Source: Promethearchaeota archaeon (GTDB lineage Archaea; Asgardarchaeota; Lokiarchaeia; Sigyniarchaeales; SOKP01). From it: a stretch of DNA of 64,000 bases. This document shows, piece by piece, positions 20,183-29,624 of the stretch. Positions within the stretch are counted from its first letter, which is position 1, and each line of letters opens with the position of its first letter. The translations under genes were made by a program, and so were the position numbers. The notes under the pieces are model-generated. The model was given only the letters and a program-made list of their open reading frames with translations, did not search any database and had not been told where the DNA came from. The stretch spans positions 64,001 through 128,000 of the forward strand of contig JAUVNS010000001.1 of assembly GCA_030599585.1 (NCBI GenBank), read 5' to 3'.

Positions 20183-21220
20183 TTATTGCAACAAGTTATA
20201 AAGCGATTTCGCTATAGTATAAAAGGCATATTCAACATTTTCACCAGTTAAAGCGCTGGTTTCAATGTATCCTAAATTAAGGTAACTCGCGAGATCAGAC
20301 CCTTTTTCAGAAGTGCTCTCTGAAGATTGGCCAATATCTTTTTTATTTCCAATAATATAACCTGTTAAAGCCGGTCTATCTGTTAGCTGGTTCTGAATGT
20401 CATAATACCAATTTGAAACGCTTTCTAGCGAGTTTGGCTTTGATAAGTCGAAGATGAGGAATATGCCATCAGATCCTAAATAGAATTGTTGTCTCATAGT
20501 TTCGAATTTTGCTTGTCCTGCTATGTCCCATAGAACCAATTGTATGTAAGACTCTTCTATTTGAAATATCTTATCCGAGACGTGCACCCCAAGTGTTGGA
20601 ATATAATGCCTTCGAAACGCGTTGTTAGTGAATCTTAATATTAACGAGGATTTACCAACAGAGGGATCGCCACAGATAATTATTTTAAATTTATAATTAA
20701 TTAACTTAGCTTCTTTTATTTTCTGATCAGGAAAAGCTTTTGCGTTTTCCTCAGCGATCTCGTTATTTTTAAACTCGGTTAAAAATTGGTCAATAGTGAG
20801 GAAAATTTCATTTAAAATATCTATATAATTCTCTCTTGGAGCTTTTGATTTTTGCAAGTGTGCAACTTTTTCAGCCACTTCTTCAAATGGAGCCTGAAAA
20901 TAATTCAAATATTTATAAAAGATAACATCGTCAGATTCCTTAAACAATAAGGTAATTGCTCCTTGCCCAATTCCGCCTCGTCTGGACTCATCGTTCCATT
21001 TTATATATTTTATTAATCCTTTTAAATTTAAGGAAGGAAATGGAAGAATTACTAACGATTCAGGAATAAGACCATCTTCTCCTGATAGAACTGTAATTGT
21101 CTTAACACTAATATGAATTCTACTCGATTGAGGAACATCTCCTAACCATACAAATGGATTTGGCCCAAGTTCGTCGTCCAATTCTGTGTACAATATTCCC
21201 TTTATTAGTTTAGCTTCCAT
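20183..21220 (-). CDS. uDENN/longin-domain Rab-like small GTPase
   Basis: G1 GDPSVGKS, G2 YIPTLG, G3 WDIAGQ, G4 NKKD, G5 ETSAL; N-terminal LDDELGPNP…PFP…DESRRG domain. Confidence 0.88.
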   Translation of the reverse strand: MEAKLIKGILYTELDDELGPNPFVWLGDVPQSSRIHISVKTITVLSGEDGLIPESLVILPFPSLNLKGLIKYIKWNDESRRGGIGQGAITLLFKESDDVIFYKYLNYFQAPFEEVAEKVAHLQKSKAPRENYIDILNEIFLTIDQFLTEFKNNEIAEENAKAFPDQKIKEAKLINYKFKIIICGDPSVGKSSLILRFTNNAFRRHYIPTLGVHVSDKIFQIEESYIQLVLWDIAGQAKFETMRQQFYLGSDGIFLIFDLSKPNSLESVSNWYYDIQNQLTDRPALTGYIIGNKKDIGQSSESTSEKGSDLASYLNLGYIETSALTGENVEYAFYTIAKSLYNLLQ

Positions 21221-21364
21221 CGTAAGGCGATCGTAATAAAAACAAAAAATTGAAAATTTCTTAATATTATTATCGTGTAGAAATATAAATATTAACGCTT
21301 TTTAGAGTGAAAAAGTTTTAATTATGTTTGAAATACAAATAAGAAGAGATTAAAATGGTAAAAA

Positions 21365-21652
21365 TTAATCTTTTATATTTTCTAAGAGTGAGATTATCCG
21401 ATAAATAGTAGTTCGCGAATGAAATGGAATATTTGCATCTTGAGATAAGTCTGTAATCATATACATTACACTACTGGCAAGAACTGCGGGAGAATCATCT
21501 TCACGCTTTAATTCCTCGATTCCTTTGCTCGCAACTCGTTTTATATTTCTTGGAACGCCTCGGTCGTTAATCATTCCATTAAGTAGGTAATCCACTTTTG
21601 AAAATGCATCCAAGATATCTTCAGTAAATTCTGGTCCCCTTGGCATAATCAT
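21365..21652 (-). CDS. UPF0147 family protein
   Basis: INDRGVPRNIKR…DLSQDANIPFHSRTTIYRIISLLE. Confidence 0.88.
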   Translation of the reverse strand: MIMPRGPEFTEDILDAFSKVDYLLNGMINDRGVPRNIKRVASKGIEELKREDDSPAVLASSVMYMITDLSQDANIPFHSRTTIYRIISLLENIKD

Positions 21653-21791
21653 CTCACTTTTTAATTTAGTCTAAAAAAAATAATAATAAAATACTCTATT
21701 ACTTGACTTTTTAAATATTGATTAAAATTTAATTTTTTTGATTTTCTAATATAAATAAATAGAGAAGTAGGGAAAGAATAATGATAGAAGA

Positions 21792-24707
21792 CTAGAAAAT
21801 TCCAAATTCACGTATTTTTTTCGTTAATTTTGGAATTTCTTCTTCGAACGTTTTTAATTGATTTTGATATCTATCATAAATTTCACTAAACGCTGAGCTT
21901 CCAGCTTGATTCAAATCTTTAACGAAATCATAAGATATTTCAGATATCTCTGTAAAAACATTATTAAATTTCTCAGTAATTTCTACTAACTTCGGTTCGA
22001 CCTTTTTTCTTTGTTTCCTTTTCATGTTCCTCAATTTTCCTCGAGGGATTCTTATATTATCTATTAGCTTATCACATTTATCCAAAAATAAATATGTGTC
22101 CACTCGATTCTCTTCCGGTAAATTAGTTTCAATGATCTCGGTACGCCAAGTATTTATTCGTCCTCGCGCAAATGTGTCAAAATTAAGGGAAATAGAATCG
22201 ATACCTTCCCTGACTAAAAACCGTAGAAATTCGGGATCGTCACTAGGAGCTTGACCACAAATACCGACTTTTCTATTTCGTTCATGGGCAGTTTTTATCA
22301 AGTGACTTACCGATCTCCGAATTGATTCGCTGTTTGTGTTATAATCGTAATCATTCATGAGGGGAATCATTTTTTCGTTGTCTCTACCTACACCATATGT
22401 TAATTGGGTAAGATCATTGCTTCCGATGCTGAAGCCGTCGAAATATTCGCAGAATATGTCGGCACATATGATATTCGATGGAATCTCGGCCATAACATAG
22501 ACCTTAAGACCGTCCTGACCTCTAATTAATCCTTCGTTTTCCATAATCTCTATGATTTTCTTGGCTTCCTCGGGACTTCGACAGAATGGAAGCATTGGAA
22601 TTATGTTGATCAGCCCCCATGCTCTCGCTTTTTTAATTGCTTTCAGTTCTAAAATGAAGGCCTCTTGGAATTCTTCGTGAACGTAGCGTGAACAGCCCCT
22701 AAAACCAAGCATAGGATTATTTTCATCTCCTTCGTATATCCATCCTCCGATTAGATTTGCGTATTCATTAGTCTTGAAATCTGAAAGACGTACTACGCAT
22801 TCAGCTAACTCCCCATTTGGTAATATTTTCCAGACTCCGGCTGCGATAGTGGCAATTCCTTCTGCTAGTTTTTCAATATAAAATTCTTCCTTGTCGTCGT
22901 AACCCGCTGTAAGTTCCCTAATCATGTCAAGAGTTTCCTTCAATTTCAAAATTTCTCTATTAAATGGATCTTTGTGGTATAGATCGCTTTTCTTGATGTT
23001 TTCAATTTTTTTCCTATGATCTAGCAAAACTCCATACCTCATAACTAGGGAATCAAACGCGATCAAAGCGTTAGGGTGTATCCGAATCTCGTCGTTTATA
23101 ATAAATTCTAACCGGGCTAAACCAGTACCATCAGGATATTTGCCTGAAGATAAAGCCCCCTTAGGGATTCCTAAATTAACTAAAACTTGAGTTTTGGTCG
23201 AGGGAAGTTGTGCAAATTCGATAGAATCGAAATCATACTCTACATCTTTAAGCCAGAGCCGGGGTTCTCCTTCGCTACAATCAATCGTAACGCTTTCAAG
23301 ACCGTCTCTTTGCTTTTCCTTAATTTTTTGTATTATATTATCTGCTCCTACTACTGATGCGATATTTAATTCTCGGGATACTATAGCTGCGTGACAAGTT
23401 GGGCCCCCTTTTTCAGTAATAACGCCACCTAAATTCTGCATATAAGAGGTCCAATCGGGGTTTGTTTCTTCCGTAACTAATATATCTCCTTCCTCTAATA
23501 AGTGTGCATCGTTAATAGATTCAATTACTTTGATTTTACCATATCCAATTCTACGACCTATAGCAGTTCCATTATTATCAACTAAAAAGCCATCGTTAAT
23601 GAGTTTTACAGGATCTTCTAATAAATAAAAAATTTCCTCGGTATCTCCTTTCTGTGAATGAACTGTTTCAGGTCGAGCTTGAACAATATAAATTTTACCG
23701 TCGTTGCCTAAAGCCCATTCGATGTCCATAGGTCGACCATAATGCTCCCGAATTTTGATAGCGTATTCTGTTAAAATCTTAACTTCATCCTTACTCAAAC
23801 AAAATTGTTTTTGTCTTTCTAATTCCACTGGTAAAGTTATCGTTCCACCTTTTTCGGTGTCAAAAATCATCATTTGTTCTTTTTTTACCAACTCGCGACT
23901 TATTATTTGTAAATTAGGTCCGTGCTTGAAGACAATAAACTCGTCCCCTTTCTCAACTCCTTGAACAATAAGTTCTCCTAAACCCCATGTTCCTCTAATC
24001 ACAACTACATTTGGATTTCCAGAATCGGGATCTTCAGTAAACATAACACCTGAGGATTTTACACCTTTTAACCCTCCGGCTATTTCTTGTACACCTACGC
24101 TTAATTTAACGGTAAAGTGATCGAAACCAGCTCTTTCTCTGTACATCGTAGCTCTTGTTGTGAAAATCGAGGCCATATCTTTAAGGATATATTCTAAAAT
24201 TTGATTTTCTCCAGAAATATTTAAGTGTGTATCTTGTTGACCGGCAAAAGAGGCATCAGGTAGATCTTCTGCCGTAGCAGAGCTTCTAATTGCAAAAGTG
24301 GTTTCACTTCCGATTCGACCCACCAAAATGTGGTATGCTTCGATTATCTCGTCAGCCAAACTATCAGGTATTTTGGCTTGTTCGATGACGTAACGGATAT
24401 CAGCACAAAATTTATCTACCTTTTGAATTGATTTTATATCCTCTTTTTTAAGCTCCTTTTCGATCTTGTTTATGTCTCGTTTAATGTAATTTTTTAAGGT
24501 TATCTCTTCATTTTTAATCCTAAAATAATTAGTCTCTAAAATATAATCATAAGCATCAGCTGTAACAGCAAATCCTAACGGTACTGGGATTCCAAAAGAA
24601 AGAAGTTCTCCCAAAGAAGCGTTTTTTCCTCCAACAATACCCACATCATTAGCTCGAACGTCGTCGAAAAATTTGATGTAGTGAAAGCTTGGTTTTTCTT
24701 CATTCAT
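21792..24707 (-). CDS. ppsA: phosphoenolpyruvate synthase (pyruvate, water dikinase)
   Basis: VGGKNASLGE, RSSATAEDLPDASFAGQQDT, DIEWA, QARPET, TCHAAIVSRE, NPMLGFRG, FSIGSNDLTQ, GICGQAPS. Confidence 0.96.
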   Translation of the reverse strand: MNEEKPSFHYIKFFDDVRANDVGIVGGKNASLGELLSFGIPVPLGFAVTADAYDYILETNYFRIKNEEITLKNYIKRDINKIEKELKKEDIKSIQKVDKFCADIRYVIEQAKIPDSLADEIIEAYHILVGRIGSETTFAIRSSATAEDLPDASFAGQQDTHLNISGENQILEYILKDMASIFTTRATMYRERAGFDHFTVKLSVGVQEIAGGLKGVKSSGVMFTEDPDSGNPNVVVIRGTWGLGELIVQGVEKGDEFIVFKHGPNLQIISRELVKKEQMMIFDTEKGGTITLPVELERQKQFCLSKDEVKILTEYAIKIREHYGRPMDIEWALGNDGKIYIVQARPETVHSQKGDTEEIFYLLEDPVKLINDGFLVDNNGTAIGRRIGYGKIKVIESINDAHLLEEGDILVTEETNPDWTSYMQNLGGVITEKGGPTCHAAIVSRELNIASVVGADNIIQKIKEKQRDGLESVTIDCSEGEPRLWLKDVEYDFDSIEFAQLPSTKTQVLVNLGIPKGALSSGKYPDGTGLARLEFIINDEIRIHPNALIAFDSLVMRYGVLLDHRKKIENIKKSDLYHKDPFNREILKLKETLDMIRELTAGYDDKEEFYIEKLAEGIATIAAGVWKILPNGELAECVVRLSDFKTNEYANLIGGWIYEGDENNPMLGFRGCSRYVHEEFQEAFILELKAIKKARAWGLINIIPMLPFCRSPEEAKKIIEIMENEGLIRGQDGLKVYVMAEIPSNIICADIFCEYFDGFSIGSNDLTQLTYGVGRDNEKMIPLMNDYDYNTNSESIRRSVSHLIKTAHERNRKVGICGQAPSDDPEFLRFLVREGIDSISLNFDTFARGRINTWRTEIIETNLPEENRVDTYLFLDKCDKLIDNIRIPRGKLRNMKRKQRKKVEPKLVEITEKFNNVFTEISEISYDFVKDLNQAGSSAFSEIYDRYQNQLKTFEEEIPKLTKKIREFGIF

Positions 24708-25025
24708 GACAAAATCACTAAAATTTTATTTTTCTATTACTTTTTTTTTAAGTTTTTTATGCTTAAAAAAATTGTTAATTTTATTAGATGCATATAATCC
24801 TCTTTTCCCATTAAGTACTAATTTTAAAATTAAACATTTAAAAGAAAATCTGTATTCCATGGACTCCTCATGCATTAACAAATGCTTAAAGGTCATTTTT
24901 AGTAACCCGTTATTTTATTACACAAATGTAAAATTTATATTACACTGTTTCTAATTATTAATTACTTCGGAATTTTTAGTAGAAGTAAATTTCTAAAGGA
25001 ATTAATAACGAGATGAATGTGAAAA

Positions 25026-25352
25026 ATGCCATATATGTTTACAACGTCTTCTTACCCGACCGATTTAAGAGAAGAAGCAGTCGAAGCTTATTTTAAAATG
25101 TTAAAAGAAATGCCTTTTGATAAATCTCTCGGAAAAGAAACGATAAAGGTAGCAGTCACAACCACTCCAAAGGGAGTGAAGACGTTAAGTATTATGAGCG
25201 TAAAAGAAGGTAAACTTACGGAAGCTCTTTTATGGGATTATAGAAGGATGTCTTATTTTCAGCTTATCAAGGGATTTGAGTTCAAAATTCGAGTGTGGAC
25301 AAATATAGTGGAAGCCCTAGATAGTATCAATCGAAGTTTACCAAGTCAATAA
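25026..25352 (+). CDS. hypothetical protein
   Basis: 108-aa ORF, ATG start, followed by a T-rich tract. Confidence 0.7.
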   Translation: MPYMFTTSSYPTDLREEAVEAYFKMLKEMPFDKSLGKETIKVAVTTTPKGVKTLSIMSVKEGKLTEALLWDYRRMSYFQLIKGFEFKIRVWTNIVEALDSINRSLPSQ

Positions 25353-25631
25353 AATAACTATTTTTTTTATTTTTATTCTAATATTAAATAAAATAAATTT
25401 GTTAATTTCTAGTTATAGATTAACGGTGTTAGTCATTATCCAATAATTATGGATGACTTCTACATACACAACTTAATTTATTAATACAACTTTTCTAAAA
25501 AAAAAGAAAAAATGAAAATTAAGTGAGTAAAAATGGAGTACAAAAATAATATTTTACACCTACTTAAATCTTAATCTTTACTAATATATTCAAAAAAAGT
25601 GTAAATAATTTTCTATTGACAGAATTGTGAT

Positions 25632-26165
25632 TTAATTCAAATTTAACTCCCTATTGAAAACTTCGTAATCAGAAGTGCTATATAGGCAAAAAACAACTTC
25701 CCTTATTTGAGTTTCTCCAGCAAGGTATTTTTTTACGCTAAAGATCATTATCTTTGCACATCTATCGATGGGATATCCAAAAATTCCCGTTGATATAGCT
25801 GGAAACGCAACAGTCTTCAGTTCGTGCTCGTCCATGAGTTTAAGGCTATTTAAAACGGCGTTGGTTAATTTAGAATCCTCATCGCCCTCACCCATACGAG
25901 GTCCAACAGCGTGAATAACAAATTTAGCTTTTAAATTCCCTCCTGTTGTAATAACAGCACCACCTACGAATGTCCCTCCAATTTTATTACATTCTTCTTG
26001 AATTGTTGAACCTCCTGTCCGTCTAATCGCACCCGCTACTCCTCCACCAAGGATTAATTGGGCATTCGCGGCGTTGACTATAACATCAGTGTCTAAATCT
26101 GTTATATCTGCTTGCACAATTTTGATCAAAGAGTTTTTAACAACTATAGAATACATTTTGTCCAA
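25632..26165 (-). CDS. macro domain protein (O-acetyl-ADP-ribose deacetylase / ADP-ribose glycohydrolase)
   Basis: DIT…IVNAAN…GGGVAGAI, VIHAVGP, AFPAISTGIFGYP. Confidence 0.93.
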   Translation of the reverse strand: MDKMYSIVVKNSLIKIVQADITDLDTDVIVNAANAQLILGGGVAGAIRRTGGSTIQEECNKIGGTFVGGAVITTGGNLKAKFVIHAVGPRMGEGDEDSKLTNAVLNSLKLMDEHELKTVAFPAISTGIFGYPIDRCAKIMIFSVKKYLAGETQIREVVFCLYSTSDYEVFNRELNLN

Positions 26166-26209
26166 AGTTTATATGTGCAACTCCAAAAATAAATAATAAA
26201 AAAATAAAA

Positions 26210-26950
26210 TTATTCTGGTTGGGGTTCTTGGCCTTTCTTTAAAATCTCATCAAGTTGAGAACGATCTTCGTCACTCATTTTCGACATCGCGTCCATGTTT
26301 TGCTTCATTAAATCCATCATTACTTTCTGTGAAATTAACTGGCTTAATACTGGTAAAGCAATCCTCATTCGAGTGAGTTCATAGAACATTTGTTTCGCTG
26401 TGTCTCTCATATCCTTCAAGTTTTCTTTAGTCATTCCTTCCTCACCTATTCCAGGGCATTCTACATCGACAACAGTGAAATTTTTTCCATCAAATTCTAA
26501 CGGATAAGTTCTGCAACTCAGAGGGCGGTTATCATACACTAAACATTCTTTTTTCTCTTTGTTATAGAGAGCACACTTAATTTCTAGTAAATCTTCTATT
26601 GGAACTCCACCAAATGGATCCCGTGGTTTTTCTTCTTCACCTTCTTTTGGAGTAGGTGGTAAAGGTTTTAGGACCAAATCAATTCCTCCACTTGGTTTAT
26701 TATATATATCCAAATATGGTAAAAAGTTCGTAACAACGCCATTTCTTGCCCACAATTCAAGATCCCAAAAGGTAATCGGTATCGGTCCACGAGTTAAACA
26801 ACATTTATCGGATCGAGTACACTTAAATGTGAATTTTGCTTTTGGCTCTTCAATGTCGGTCTTGGTCTCAGATTCCTCTTTGATGTCCTCTATTTTCTTA
26901 TCTTCTTCTTTTACTTCCGGTTTTTCATCATTTTTATTATTTTCAACCAT
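26210..26950 (-). CDS. YkgJ family cysteine-cluster (Fe-S/Zn) protein
   Basis: FKCTRSDKCC…CALY…CLVYDNRPLSCRTYP…CPG. Confidence 0.85.
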   Translation of the reverse strand: MVENNKNDEKPEVKEEDKKIEDIKEESETKTDIEEPKAKFTFKCTRSDKCCLTRGPIPITFWDLELWARNGVVTNFLPYLDIYNKPSGGIDLVLKPLPPTPKEGEEEKPRDPFGGVPIEDLLEIKCALYNKEKKECLVYDNRPLSCRTYPLEFDGKNFTVVDVECPGIGEEGMTKENLKDMRDTAKQMFYELTRMRIALPVLSQLISQKVMMDLMKQNMDAMSKMSDEDRSQLDEILKKGQEPQPE

Positions 26951-27083
26951 AACAAACACTAATAAAAGTTTGATAAATTTTGATACTTTTCAATTTAAAG
27001 AATTAATCATTGAAAAAAAATTTTCTTTTTTTATATGATAAATTGGTATACTATTCTTTAAATTTTAGGTGCTATTGTTTTAT

Positions 27084-27347
27084 TTAATCGTAAAGTGCTA
27101 AGAGTACAAACTGAATTATCACTGGCAATGTAAATATACCTATAAAACCTAATATAATACCGATAATCGATAGAACTTCAGAATCGTCATATTTCGATCC
27201 AATAACTCCAAATATGATCGCCGCTCCCGGTAAATAGTAATAGGTAAAAAAATATAAGCATAATGGAAATACTAAGCAAATAAAATACCATGCAAAGAAG
27301 CCGAATATACCACAAAGTAATGAAATAATCCCAAAAATTTTTCTCAT
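27084..27347 (-). CDS. small three-TM membrane protein, paralogue of 9878-10153
   Basis: MRKIFGIISLLCGIFGFFAW…YYLPGAAIIFGVIG; start at the internal ATG. Confidence 0.7.
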   Translation of the reverse strand: MRKIFGIISLLCGIFGFFAWYFICLVFPLCLYFFTYYYLPGAAIIFGVIGSKYDDSEVLSIIGIILGFIGIFTLPVIIQFVLLALYD

Positions 27348-27528
27348 TTCATTCACTAAACTTAGTTTTATTAAGTTGATCCTTGAAAAATTCTTTTTTT
27401 TATTTATCTTTTGATTTGGAAATGCATTTAATTGTGAAAAATTCGATCTCCTTTTCACTTCATTCTAATTGCCTATTTAAAGGAAGACTAATATGTTTTA
27501 ACAAATAATCTTAAAAATATTATTACAT

Positions 27529-27550
27529 TTCCTAGTAAGTCTACTAGGAA
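27529..27550. promoter_or_regulatory. perfect inverted repeat, candidate operator between divergent genes
   Basis: TTCCTAGTA-AGTC-TACTAGGAA. Confidence 0.4.
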
Positions 27551-27589
27551 CTAAATCTAGAGTCAATTTATCAGTTTTAGGACAACATT

Positions 27590-28651
27590 ATGAAAACCTT
27601 GATCACTAATAAATATCTAATATGGCTTATTTTATCATTTTTACTTGTTGCTAGCTTTTTTCTTGGTATGTTTTTATTTGCTTCGTCTCTAGAAGTGACT
27701 ATCATTATCCTGGTAGTATTGATCATCTCTTTCTGTATCCAAATTCTTTTAATTTTAAATTTTGCGAGCAGTAGAATAAAAAATCGATTGAAGATTGGAA
27801 TGCTAACTACGCACTCGTTGAATTTGTTATTTGCTATCGTTATTGGATTTTCCATTTCGGTGATGGAATCTGATTTCAAATATAATTTTGGGATAGTAAT
27901 GATTCCTTTACTTCTAATATTGAGTCTCGTTATAACAGATAAATATGATAACGATATGAAGGGTTTTACCCTTGAGAAAGAGGAAAAGCCGAAAAAGAAA
28001 TCAACAAGACCCGTTATAGAATTCGAAAACAAAAAGTACGTTTTTTCGTTAAATTCTTTAATAATATTAGGAGTTGGCACACCTCTTCTAGCAATAGTCA
28101 TTTATTTCTTCTTCGATATTGAGGCTCAATTTTGGCTACACGAAATAGTTGTGAAACAGACTATCTATTTCCTTAATTTATTTTTTGACATGGATGTATC
28201 TACTAGCTATATTCCAAGTGGGAAATATCATTGGAGTTTTAATTTTGTAGGGAGTATTGATGGAGACCCGTTAAGTAGTATTTATTTTGAGACGTTCTGT
28301 ACGGGCATTCAAGCTATCTGCGTATTCGCAGGTATCATCATTTGCACTCCTCACTCCCAAGATAAACGCACTAACAAGGATATAATTTGGAGAAAAGCTA
28401 AAGCATTAATTGTATCTTCAATTATCTTCTACGTGGTAAATGTTATTCGAATGTTAATCCAGATTGAATTATATTACCTTGGATATCCCTGGGATAGCAT
28501 ACATGTTTCGATCAGCGCAGCAAGCTCTTTCATTGCAGCTATTATTATTCTCTTACTTCATAAATGGATCCCCGAATTCATCATTAGCATCATATATATT
28601 GGCACTTTAATTAGCAAAAGAGTTAAACGCGTGAGAAAGCCAAAAGAATAG
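27590..28651 (+). CDS. archaeosortase/exosortase family transpeptidase with an extra N-terminal TM domain
   Basis: Catalytic triad context FCTG…NVIR…H (WDSIH) in a polytopic membrane protein. Confidence 0.8.
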   Translation: MKTLITNKYLIWLILSFLLVASFFLGMFLFASSLEVTIIILVVLIISFCIQILLILNFASSRIKNRLKIGMLTTHSLNLLFAIVIGFSISVMESDFKYNFGIVMIPLLLILSLVITDKYDNDMKGFTLEKEEKPKKKSTRPVIEFENKKYVFSLNSLIILGVGTPLLAIVIYFFFDIEAQFWLHEIVVKQTIYFLNLFFDMDVSTSYIPSGKYHWSFNFVGSIDGDPLSSIYFETFCTGIQAICVFAGIIICTPHSQDKRTNKDIIWRKAKALIVSSIIFYVVNVIRMLIQIELYYLGYPWDSIHVSISAASSFIAAIIILLLHKWIPEFIISIIYIGTLISKRVKRVRKPKE

Positions 28652-28713
28652 TAATAAAATTTTAAACATACCAATTGTTCATTTGTTCAATAACTAAAAA
28701 GTTAGAGATAATC

Positions 28714-29616
28714 ATGTTAAATTTTGAGAAAGAGCAAATAGTTTCAAAAATCGGTAATGTATCCGTAGGAGGGCAACCGGGTGAGAATCCCGTAGTAATG
28801 GTTGCTACCGTTTTTTACACTAACCACGCTGCTTTACTAGACGAGAAAACTGGAAAAATTGATAAAAAACTCGTCGAACAAGAATTAAATGAATACTCAG
28901 AAATTATTGAAGAAACCGGAATGCAAGGAATAATAGACGTGGTAGGAGGATATCCCGAGGCATTACTAAAACAGTGTGAGTTTGTCGCTGACATTGTGGA
29001 TTATCCGTTTTTAGTTGATGGGTTAAACGATAGTTCCCGAATTCCAGCAATGGAGGGTTTAAAAGACATTGGATTGTTGGATAGAGCCATCCTAAACAGC
29101 ATTGATGAAGCAACCAGCGAGGAAAGTTTGCAAAAGCTGAAAGAAATTGGGGTGAAACATGCCGTGTTGTTAACTTTCGGAAACAGGTATATTTTTCCTC
29201 AAAAAAAAATCGATTTTTTAAAAAATACTTTGCTTAAAAAAGCTCAAAGCGCTAATATAGAAAATGTACTAGTCGATACTGCGGTTTTAGACCTACCTTC
29301 GATAGGAATTAATGCTGAGACAACCCGGTTAGTAAAATCAGAGTTAGGTTTGCCCACCGGATTTGCCCCCGCCAATGCAATTTATGGTTGGAATTTTGTT
29401 AAAAAATATGGTGACAAAGCGAGATGTGGTGGCATCGCTTCTTTGATGGCTTATTGTGTCAACGCTGGGAGTGATTTTGTGTTATTTGGGCCTGTTAAGT
29501 TCGCAAAGTGCATTATTCCCTCAATGTCCCTGATTTCTGCTATTAATTCTTATTATCGAAAAAGAGTTTTAAGAAAAGAAATATCTGACCGAACTCCGTT
29601 GAAACACATCTTCTAA
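28714..29616 (+). CDS. mtrH: MtrH-family methylcorrinoid:tetrahydropterin methyltransferase
   Basis: FEKEQ…IGNVSVGGQPGENP, ILNSI, VDTAV, GLPTG…N, DFVLFGP. Confidence 0.88.
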   Translation: MLNFEKEQIVSKIGNVSVGGQPGENPVVMVATVFYTNHAALLDEKTGKIDKKLVEQELNEYSEIIEETGMQGIIDVVGGYPEALLKQCEFVADIVDYPFLVDGLNDSSRIPAMEGLKDIGLLDRAILNSIDEATSEESLQKLKEIGVKHAVLLTFGNRYIFPQKKIDFLKNTLLKKAQSANIENVLVDTAVLDLPSIGINAETTRLVKSELGLPTGFAPANAIYGWNFVKKYGDKARCGGIASLMAYCVNAGSDFVLFGPVKFAKCIIPSMSLISAINSYYRKRVLRKEISDRTPLKHIF

Positions 29617-29624
29617 GATTTGTT

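Noticed and set aside
24706-24954. 82-aa ORF upstream of ppsA
   Set aside because: AT-rich promoter region with F/L/K-biased translation; probably spurious
28714-29616. Evidence of methanogenesis
   Set aside because: mtrH alone, with no mtrA-G or mcr in the window
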